A stretch of 32,000 bases of DNA from Desulfobulbus propionicus DSM 2032. GTDB taxonomy: Bacteria > Desulfobacterota > Desulfobulbia > Desulfobulbales > Desulfobulbaceae. Shown here in pieces: positions 9,669-17,071 of this stretch. Location of the stretch: assembly GCF_000186885.1 (NCBI RefSeq), contig NC_014972.1, positions 3,390,001 through 3,422,000 on the forward strand, in the 5' to 3' direction. The translations under genes and the position numbers were made by a program. Numbering within the stretch: the stretch's first letter is position 1; every line of letters starts with the position of its first letter. A model generated the notes under the pieces. It worked only from the letters and a program-made list of their open reading frames with translations. It did not search any database and was not told where the DNA came from.

Positions 9669-10676
9669 ATGGAAGCACTCACATTCTATGCCCTCGTCGC
9701 AAGCGAAAGGGAAGACCACTCCGTTCATTGCGCAGTCAGACAACGATCAATCAGCGACCTTCCGCCTGGGGATGTGCTGGTCCGGGTCCACTATTCCTCG
9801 CTCAACTATAAGGATGCGCTCTCAGCCAGCGGCAACCGTGGGGTCACCAAATCCTACCCGCATACGCCTGGGATCGATGCCGCCGGAATTGTCGTCCAGT
9901 CCACCGATTCCCGGTGGCAGCAAGGAGATGAGGTGATCTGTACCGGGTATGATTTGGGGATGAATACCGATGGCGGCTTTGGTCAATATATCCGAATACC
10001 CGGCGAGTGGCTGGTTCGCAAACCGTCCTCCCTGACCCTGCTCGAATCGATGCAGTTGGGGACAGCAGGGTTTACCGCCGCCTTGAGCGTTCTCGGGCTT
10101 GAAACCAATGGCATTGCCCCGAGCAAAGGTCCAATCCTTGTCACCGGAGCAACCGGAGGTGTGGGGACGATAACGATCATCCTGCTGCGAAAGCTTGGTT
10201 ATCAGATCGTGGCCTTAACCGGAAAACCGGATGTCGATGATTTTCTCCTTGATCTTGGCGTCAGTACCATTCTTCCCCGAGACGAATTGTTGCAGGGCAA
10301 GGCTCGGCAACTTTTGCCCGCACGCTGGGCTGGCGTGGTTGACACCGTCGGTGGGGATATTCTCGCTACGGCGATCAAGGGGACCGGATTTGACGGGGTG
10401 GTCACCAGTTGCGGTAACGCCGCATCCGGTGAGCTCGCACTGAACGTGTATCCCTTTATTCTGCGCGGTGTCCACTTGCTGGGAATCTATTCAGCCAATT
10501 GTCCCCGGGACAAACGGCTCCGCGTCTGGAACAAATTGGCGGCAGAATGGAAGCCCACTGAACTGAGCCGTATATGCCGGATGATTCAACTGCATGACTT
10601 GGAACGAGAAATCGGCGCGATGCTTGCCGGTAACAGCAAGGGACGTTGTGTCGTCGATTTGGGGGAAGAACCATGA
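9669..10676 (+). CDS. YhdH/AcuI-type zinc-independent MDR family oxidoreductase (acrylyl-CoA reductase-like)
   Basis: MDR family pattern: VLVRVHYSSLNYKDALSASGNRGV, YPHTPGIDAAGIV, LGTAGFTAALSV, ILVTGATGGVGTI and VVDTVGGDILA. ATG at 9669. Confidence 0.88.
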   Translation: MEALTFYALVASEREDHSVHCAVRQRSISDLPPGDVLVRVHYSSLNYKDALSASGNRGVTKSYPHTPGIDAAGIVVQSTDSRWQQGDEVICTGYDLGMNTDGGFGQYIRIPGEWLVRKPSSLTLLESMQLGTAGFTAALSVLGLETNGIAPSKGPILVTGATGGVGTITIILLRKLGYQIVALTGKPDVDDFLLDLGVSTILPRDELLQGKARQLLPARWAGVVDTVGGDILATAIKGTGFDGVVTSCGNAASGELALNVYPFILRGVHLLGIYSANCPRDKRLRVWNKLAAEWKPTELSRICRMIQLHDLEREIGAMLAGNSKGRCVVDLGEEP

Positions 10677-11644
10677 GTGTTGCCTTGGCAAAAGAAGTGT
10701 TGACCATAGAATCGGAAGGACTTCTCGCAGTCCGAGATAATTTGGGCGAGGAATTTGAGCGGGCAGTGGATATTATCATGGCTTGCCCCAGCCGATTGGT
10801 GGTTACCGGGATCGGTAAATCCGGGTTGATCGGACAAAAGATTGCCGCCACCCTCAATTCGACCGGCACCCGGTCTTTTTTCCTGCACCCAGTCGAGGCC
10901 ATGCACGGTGATCTGGGTATGGTCGCGGCGACTGATGTGGTTCTGGCCATTTCCTATTCAGGCGAGACCTCGGAACTCAACCGGCTGTTGAGCAGCCTGA
11001 AAGAACGCCAGACACAAATCATCGCCATCTGCGGAAAACTGGATTCCAATTTGGCTCGACATGCGCTTGTCACCCTGAATGTATCCATTCCACGGGAAGC
11101 ATGTTCATTGGGACTGGCCCCCACCACCTCCACCACGGCGACCCTGGCCATGGGCGATGCGCTTGCCGTAGCTTTGCTGAATCGCAAACAATTCGGTGCC
11201 GAGGATTTCCGGCGGAACCATCCTGGCGGCAGCCTGGGGGCGCGACTGAAGGTCGCCATTCGTGAAGTCATGCTCACCGGGGAAAGAGTCCCGTCAGTGA
11301 CAACCGAGGCATCCTTGGCCATGGCGGTAGCGGAACTGAATGAGAAAAACCTTGGCGCCGTGTTTGTCACCGATGATCAAGGGGTACTGCGGGGCATTGT
11401 AACCGATGGCGATATCAGAAGGCTGTTGTCCGCGGGAAAAAGCCTAGAGAACACATCGCTTGCTGCGGGAATGACCCACGATCCGGTGGCCATCGCCAGC
11501 GATCTGATGGCCGCCGATGCGCTCAGCATCATGCAGCAACATGAAATTACTGTCCTCGCCGTGGTGACCCAAGAGAGACGGCTTGCCGGAATCCTGCACC
11601 TGCACAATCTTCTCGGCAAGGGCGAATTCAGGTTCCTTATTTAA
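10673..11644 (+). CDS. kdsD: Arabinose-5-phosphate isomerase (SIS plus tandem CBS domains)
   Basis: SIS motifs VVTGIGKSGLIGQKIAATLNSTGT and SYSGETSELN; LAPTTSTTATLAMGDALAVAL; HPGGSLGARL; two CBS-like segments. ATG overlaps the stop of the upstream gene. Confidence 0.92.
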   Translation: MSVALAKEVLTIESEGLLAVRDNLGEEFERAVDIIMACPSRLVVTGIGKSGLIGQKIAATLNSTGTRSFFLHPVEAMHGDLGMVAATDVVLAISYSGETSELNRLLSSLKERQTQIIAICGKLDSNLARHALVTLNVSIPREACSLGLAPTTSTTATLAMGDALAVALLNRKQFGAEDFRRNHPGGSLGARLKVAIREVMLTGERVPSVTTEASLAMAVAELNEKNLGAVFVTDDQGVLRGIVTDGDIRRLLSAGKSLENTSLAAGMTHDPVAIASDLMAADALSIMQQHEITVLAVVTQERRLAGILHLHNLLGKGEFRFLI

Positions 11645-11672
11645 AGGGGGACTTGAAACGATTTCGCCTTAC

Positions 11673-14078
11673 TTACTGGCCACCATAAACAGACCATTTT
11701 CCCGTACTGGCATCGAACATGTAATTGAGTTCAATCTTGGAAGCACTCCCTTGACTGCGTTCGACACAGGTCAGGGTATAGACGCTTTTGGACCCGATCT
11801 TTTTGAGAAAGACGGCCTTGGGTTGGGACAGCTGTGATCCGCGGAACGTCGGGTAATTGTTGCGGAAAATTTCCTCGAAATGCTCTTCCAGCCAAGCTAT
11901 TTTTTCGCTTTGGCCGATACGCTCCTGCTGTTTGTTCATTCTCTCATTCACTTTGCGCAGGACATTTTTCACCGCCGGGTCCTCGGCGTACTTGCTTGAT
12001 CGGATGAGTCGTTGAATCTCCCGGCTGTGGTTCAACACACCCGCTCCGTCTCCCTTGCCTTCAGCGATCAATACTTGATCCTGAATCTGGGCGATTTGCA
12101 CGAGGAGCAGGGTCTTCTCAATCTTGCCGACCGATTCCCCGTGCATGCTGCCCGCGCTGTCAGGCTCGCTGGTCAACAGGTTCAACGCATTCTGATATTC
12201 GGCGATGGCCTGCTCCCAATTCTTGGCCTGATAGGCCTCGCGTGCCGTGGACAACATCAGATACAGTCGCGCGTTGACCAGAAGCTGGTGCAGGTCTTGC
12301 CGTTCTTTTTCGGTCACCACATTAGGGTTGGCCGTGATGGACTGCTGGGCTTGCTCGAGAAACCTGATGGTCTCTTGCCACTGCGATTGGGTGAAGGCTT
12401 TTTTGGACTGATCCAGCTCATGACGGAAGGTAGCGGCGGTCATTCGATGGGTGATATCGCTTGCCGTCCCCAATGTTGTACTGTTTGCGGACAGGGTCAG
12501 CGCCTTCCTGTACGCCTCGGCGGCCTGGTTCCAATTCTTTTCCTGTTCGGCCCGCTCGGCCACGGCAAGTGCGTGCTGCAATTCCAGTGATTGCAGTACG
12601 TCCTGGATGGCTGATTGTTGTTTGATCAGTTTGTGTTCGGTGGCGAACGTCAATGCCTGACGATACAAGGCAATAGCCTCTCCGATCTTATTCTGACTGG
12701 CCAAGGCCTGTGCCTGGTCGGTCAGGACAATCAATTGCTGCTGCGCGGCAGCCATATCGGCCGAGACATATTCTCCCTGAAAAAAAACACGTCCCTTCAA
12801 TCCCTCCTGCAATTCGCTCGAGGTCATCAGGGCAGTGATCTTGTTTTCCAGGGCTCCCTTACGAAACCGGAGGATGGAAAGCCCGCCCAGTCGCGATCTT
12901 GCCGCCTCCAATGTTTCAAGCGCGCCGTCAAACTGTTTTTTCTCGATCTGCAGCTGGCCTTTGAGCAAACTGGCCTGACTTTGGCTGATGATGTTCTGAT
13001 CCTTAAAATAGAGCAACACAGCCCCGATGCCCAGCGTGATGAGCAGCACGGCGAGCAAAATCGGCTTGAAGGGAATGGACCCGCCCCAGGCCGGAATGCG
13101 AGCACGGGCTTTCGCGGGCAGGGAAACCGTGGCCTCCGGGGGCTCGCGCCGTTCACCCGCCTCTCGAAGCTTGGGCGACATTCCAACTGATTGGGCGAGC
13201 TGATACGTTTGCTGAATCCGGGTGCGAATGGTCTCGGCTCCTGGAGCATCGGCGGCGATGGCCAGCAGGTTATCCACCACCTCAAGGGCCTCGTCGTATT
13301 TGCCCACATCCTCGAGCTGTTCGGCAAGCTTATAGAGCTGATCCGTTTTCCGCAGCACCTTGCCGATGTTTTGCTGTATCTCTTCCCTGTCGGGAAATTC
13401 GGCATGCGGCGGCATGTCGGCGAGCAGCTTGTTGGCGGTGAAGATGTTGTTCTGCGCCACCAGCTCTCGGACGTGTGCGATTTCCGCTGCCGTCACCGGT
13501 TGTTCGGGGGCAAGAAAATCATCACTCTCCAAGCCCAGCGAAGCAAAGGTATCATCGACCAACGAGTCCAGTTCCACCTCCGTTTCTTGAATATCGGCCA
13601 CGCTCACCGAATCAAGCGGCAGCTGATCCTGATGCGACCGATACCACTCCGCGGCTTCCTGATTGAACGGATCGTCGAGATGGAAGATGTTGCCGCTGAT
13701 CATCTCGCCAAGATGGAGTACTAACTCAGGCAGGGAGGGATTGTGTTGCCATTGGTCGGCTATGCGGATGGCTGCGGGATCGAAATCCGGGTGAAACAAT
13801 GGGGTCAGGGGCTTGGCGATGGGCGCGAAATGGGGATAGCCAAAGGGCAGACTGATATGGATGCGATGCTTCTGGCCGATGACGATGTTATTATCGGCAT
13901 CCTTGACAAAGCCACGTAGCGAATATTCAATCTCATAGTTGTCCGGCGGTTGGCCGTCAGCCTTGAGAATTGCAATATTGGGGTAGAGTTCAAGAAGGTC
14001 TTTGAGCTGCGTGTAATCTTCCGCAAGCTGCTGTGAGCCCATGGCCATACAATAACCTTGTAATGTGCGAGTGATCAT
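11673..14078 (-). CDS. Large membrane-anchored TPR-like protein with an N-terminal E2/UBC-like domain; function unknown
   Basis: 801-aa ORF (the actual start may be the ATG at 14048, preceded by AAGG). The N-terminus resembles a UBC fold (LPFGYPHFAPIAKPLTPLFHPDF...W...LPELVLHLGEMISG...DPFNQEAAEWYRSH). One TM segment (ILLAVLLITLGIGAVLLYF) is followed by repeated TPR-like helices (e.g. AREAYQAKNWEQAIAEYQNAL, AERAEQEKNWNQAAEAYRKAL). CDS assignment is strong; domain assignment is an inference. Confidence 0.85.
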   Translation of the reverse strand: MITRTLQGYCMAMGSQQLAEDYTQLKDLLELYPNIAILKADGQPPDNYEIEYSLRGFVKDADNNIVIGQKHRIHISLPFGYPHFAPIAKPLTPLFHPDFDPAAIRIADQWQHNPSLPELVLHLGEMISGNIFHLDDPFNQEAAEWYRSHQDQLPLDSVSVADIQETEVELDSLVDDTFASLGLESDDFLAPEQPVTAAEIAHVRELVAQNNIFTANKLLADMPPHAEFPDREEIQQNIGKVLRKTDQLYKLAEQLEDVGKYDEALEVVDNLLAIAADAPGAETIRTRIQQTYQLAQSVGMSPKLREAGERREPPEATVSLPAKARARIPAWGGSIPFKPILLAVLLITLGIGAVLLYFKDQNIISQSQASLLKGQLQIEKKQFDGALETLEAARSRLGGLSILRFRKGALENKITALMTSSELQEGLKGRVFFQGEYVSADMAAAQQQLIVLTDQAQALASQNKIGEAIALYRQALTFATEHKLIKQQSAIQDVLQSLELQHALAVAERAEQEKNWNQAAEAYRKALTLSANSTTLGTASDITHRMTAATFRHELDQSKKAFTQSQWQETIRFLEQAQQSITANPNVVTEKERQDLHQLLVNARLYLMLSTAREAYQAKNWEQAIAEYQNALNLLTSEPDSAGSMHGESVGKIEKTLLLVQIAQIQDQVLIAEGKGDGAGVLNHSREIQRLIRSSKYAEDPAVKNVLRKVNERMNKQQERIGQSEKIAWLEEHFEEIFRNNYPTFRGSQLSQPKAVFLKKIGSKSVYTLTCVERSQGSASKIELNYMFDASTGKWSVYGGQ

Positions 14079-14326
14079 CGGTGTCGGCCGACAAAGGGAC
14101 GAGAAGCCGTCAACCGGAATACGGAAATGCTGTCTGAAAGGGCGCAGCGGTCGTTATTTCGATGTAGTGTAAAGCATTTACTCAGGGGAAACAAGCGAGC
14201 TTTAATCGACCACGGAAAAAGTCCCTCTGGGGAGGCACGGAAGAAGTGATTGAGAGTTCAAGGATTCACGTGTACATTTGCGGCTAGTGCGTCCATTGTC
14301 TGAAACTGCTCGGGTACCGGGGGCTG

Positions 14327-14959
14327 ATGCATACCTTCAAGGCCGTTTTTGAAATCATCCACGTCAGGAATTGTCCCCTGTACACCCAAGACGAACGTTT
14401 TCTCCTGACGGACAAAGCTGTCGAGTTGCCGTTGGGCCGCGCATCGTGCCTCATTCTGATCCGGGAACTGACCGGCCTGCTGTTCTCCCTGCTGCCCCAT
14501 GCCGCCGCCAATTTTGCCGATCAACGCCATTCGGTCTTCACCTGCGGGGGATGCACCGGTTTGATCAAATTCTCATTGACCGATAAGCCGTTCGTCGGCA
14601 GTGCGGACGGTCAGGCCTTGCCGATGAAGAAAAACAGCGAGGCGGTCATCAGCGGCAGAATCGAGGCGATTGCACCTGCGGAGCTCCTCCAAGTTTTTCA
14701 CATGCACCAGAAAACCGGCCGGCTCATCCTGGAATTCGAACAGGGATCGGCCCGGGTGACCTTCCGTGAAGGCGGACTGCTTGCCGCCCGTTTTGGGGAT
14801 CTGGACAACCAGGAGGCGATCTATGCCATGCTTTCGCAAAAAAAGGGAACCTTCCACTTCATTCCAGGCCTGCCAGAGGCTTTGATGACCACCCGTGAAC
14901 TGGGCGACTTCATGATGATCCTCATGGAGGGTCTGCGGCGTCTCGACGAAAGCGCCTAA
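14327..14959 (+). CDS. DUF4388/PATAN-like domain protein with an uncharacterised Cys-containing N-terminal domain
   Basis: C-terminal half (SGRIEAIAPAELLQVFHMHQKTGRLILEFEQGSARVTFREGGLLAARFGDLDNQEAIYAMLSQKKGTFHFIPG) matches the DUF4388 pattern. The N-terminal half contains TCGGCTG. Confidence 0.75.
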   Translation: MHTFKAVFEIIHVRNCPLYTQDERFLLTDKAVELPLGRASCLILIRELTGLLFSLLPHAAANFADQRHSVFTCGGCTGLIKFSLTDKPFVGSADGQALPMKKNSEAVISGRIEAIAPAELLQVFHMHQKTGRLILEFEQGSARVTFREGGLLAARFGDLDNQEAIYAMLSQKKGTFHFIPGLPEALMTTRELGDFMMILMEGLRRLDESA

Positions 14960-14979
14960 CATCCGCCTCCTTTTTGCCT

Positions 14980-15615
14980 TCAGTCCCCGCTTGCCTCTTG
15001 AAACGGCGGCAACTGGACGATACTGGAAAAATCGTCCACATGATAGCGGGCCGCGAGCGCCCTGTTGCGAAAAGCGATCAGGTCGATACCAACGCTGGCG
15101 CAGTGCTCTTGGTCGATCACCGAATCGCCGATATAAATCGTTTCCGCCGGCCGGACCTGAAAATGATCAAGAATCATCACCAAGCCATCCGGAGCCGGTT
15201 TGGGCCGCGGGGCGACGGTAGCGGTGACCACCATGTCGAACCACGGACGAAGGGCGAAGGTGTCGAGGATGGTGTCCATGGTATCGGTGCGATTGGTCGA
15301 GATGGCGGTATGATAACGGGGTTTGATCAGGCGCAGAAAATCCATCAAGTCCGGCTCCATGGTCATGTAGCGGAGGTAGGGCGTGTATTCGTGACTGGCA
15401 CGGTAGGCATTGACCCTGCCCAGATCAATTTCCGGATACTTGCGAAAAATATGGGCCACCGAATTGTTGACGTTGTGGATGTGGACATACTCGAGCTCTT
15501 CCGCATCCATCGGCCCGCAGCCAAAGGCCGACAACAGGTGATTGTAGTACACCCGGTTGGATTCCCGGGAACTGAACATGACCCCGTCACAGTCAAAGAC
15601 GACAAGTTTCAGCAT
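14980..15615 (-). CDS. HAD-superfamily hydrolase (phosphoglycolate phosphatase-like)
   Basis: Motif I VVFDCDGVMFSS, motif II AISTNR, motif III/IV KPAPDGLVMILDHF and YIGDSVIDQEHCASVGI. Confidence 0.85.
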   Translation of the reverse strand: MLKLVVFDCDGVMFSSRESNRVYYNHLLSAFGCGPMDAEELEYVHIHNVNNSVAHIFRKYPEIDLGRVNAYRASHEYTPYLRYMTMEPDLMDFLRLIKPRYHTAISTNRTDTMDTILDTFALRPWFDMVVTATVAPRPKPAPDGLVMILDHFQVRPAETIYIGDSVIDQEHCASVGIDLIAFRNRALAARYHVDDFSSIVQLPPFQEASGD

Positions 15616-15636
15616 ACACAATGAGCCTCGGGCCAC

Positions 15637-16302
15637 TCACGGCACAAGGCCGCGCGTCTCCCTGGTGAGTTGATCAAAAAAAATTTCCATGAATGCGTGC
15701 CGCGCCTCGGCCATGTCCCGCCCTACTGGAGTGAGCATTTGCTCGCGAACCTTCGACATTTTGACCTGAAATTCGCGGTAGGCCGTATCATCCAGCGAAT
15801 AGGCCGAGGTCAAGGACGGATCCTGTTCCGGGTTATGCAGCCGGGCACCGATCTGGCCGGCAAAGAGAAAGGCCCGGCCAATCCCGATGGCGCCGATGGA
15901 ATCGAGCTTGTCGGCATCAAAGAGGATTTTGGCCTCCAGGCTGCGCGGTAGGCAGCCGCCGCGGAAACGATGGCTGCGAATGCAGTGACAGATTGCCGTG
16001 ACATCGGGCTCGTCATAGCGCAGGTCCCGGAGAATCGGCGCCGCCAGTTCCGCCCCCCGAAGGGCATGGCAGAGGCGCCCGCGGCTCATGCTTTCTTCCC
16101 GACGACCTATGTCGTGCAGAAGCGCTGCGGGCGTGAGAATTTCCGGCCGAGCACCCATCCTGCGCCCAATGGCCAAGGCTGTCGCCAGCACCCGCTCGCT
16201 GTGATCGGGGCCGTGCGAGCCGCCTTCAGCGACGCAAAACGAATGACTGATCGCCCGGAGACGTTGCAGAAGCGGGACAGCAATGGGTGGAGAGGCATGC
16301 AT
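15637..16302 (-). CDS. HD-domain phosphohydrolase
   Basis: HD motifs: GPDHSERVLATAL, AALLHDIGR, ICHCIRSHRFRG and AKILFDADKLDSIGAIGI. Confidence 0.87.
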   Translation of the reverse strand: MHASPPIAVPLLQRLRAISHSFCVAEGGSHGPDHSERVLATALAIGRRMGARPEILTPAALLHDIGRREESMSRGRLCHALRGAELAAPILRDLRYDEPDVTAICHCIRSHRFRGGCLPRSLEAKILFDADKLDSIGAIGIGRAFLFAGQIGARLHNPEQDPSLTSAYSLDDTAYREFQVKMSKVREQMLTPVGRDMAEARHAFMEIFFDQLTRETRGLVP

Positions 16303-16330
16303 GACTGCCGGGGCACTCCCTGTTCCGCCC

Positions 16331-17071
16331 CTACTCGCCGAAGAATTCCTGCAACAGCCATCGAATCCCGAGCAGCAACAGCTCGTCGTCGTCCCCGGCC
16401 AGCCCCTTGAGCTGCTGGGGGGTGAGCGGTCGCTGCAGGGCGATGCGGCCGGCGGTCATTTCGCGGCGGAACTGGTCCAGATCATAGAGCGCCAGCATGT
16501 ACTGATCCAACTGCTGGCGGGTGGGGCGGAAAGTTCGGTTCTGAATTTGCCGATGCTGTAGCAACGGCAGCAAGGCATCGTTATACCGGTTGTACGCCTC
16601 CAACCCCTGCTCGTGGAGATAGGCCGCCACCGTCTGCTGCCGCTCCTGCTCAAAGCCCCGGCAATGGGGTTCACGCAACAGAACCAGCGATTCGAGCGGC
16701 GCGCCCTCCGCGCCCCTGGTGGCCCCCCGCCCAAGGGGATAGGCGCGGCAGCTGCCAGGCCGATCCTCATACACCGAGCACCCCTGAGAACCGACAAACA
16801 CACAGGAAGCCCGGCCGTCGTCAACCATGGTCAGATAACACAAGGGAAAGAGCTGTTGTTCGTCCCATTCGATGATCACATACTGCTCCAGGAATTGTCC
16901 GGAGGTCAGTTGCAGGTTGCGGCGCAACCGCACAACATCGTAGGGGGTCAGGGTCAAGTCCAGCTCCCGGCAACACTCGGTGAAGCAGGACACGCCGGGA
17001 TGGCAGGCGAACTCAAACGCCTGCTCGGCGGCAATCGCTTGAAAAGCTTCTGGAAGTTCTTTAAGACTCAC
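16331..17071 (-). CDS. YkgJ-family zinc/iron-chelating cysteine cluster protein
   Basis: Cysteine pattern SCFTECC...PLCYLTM...SCVFVGSQGCSVYEDRPGSCRAYPLGRG. GTG start overlaps the 3' end of secDF. Confidence 0.85.
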   Translation of the reverse strand: MSLKELPEAFQAIAAEQAFEFACHPGVSCFTECCRELDLTLTPYDVVRLRRNLQLTSGQFLEQYVIIEWDEQQLFPLCYLTMVDDGRASCVFVGSQGCSVYEDRPGSCRAYPLGRGATRGAEGAPLESLVLLREPHCRGFEQERQQTVAAYLHEQGLEAYNRYNDALLPLLQHRQIQNRTFRPTRQQLDQYMLALYDLDQFRREMTAGRIALQRPLTPQQLKGLAGDDDELLLLGIRWLLQEFFGE

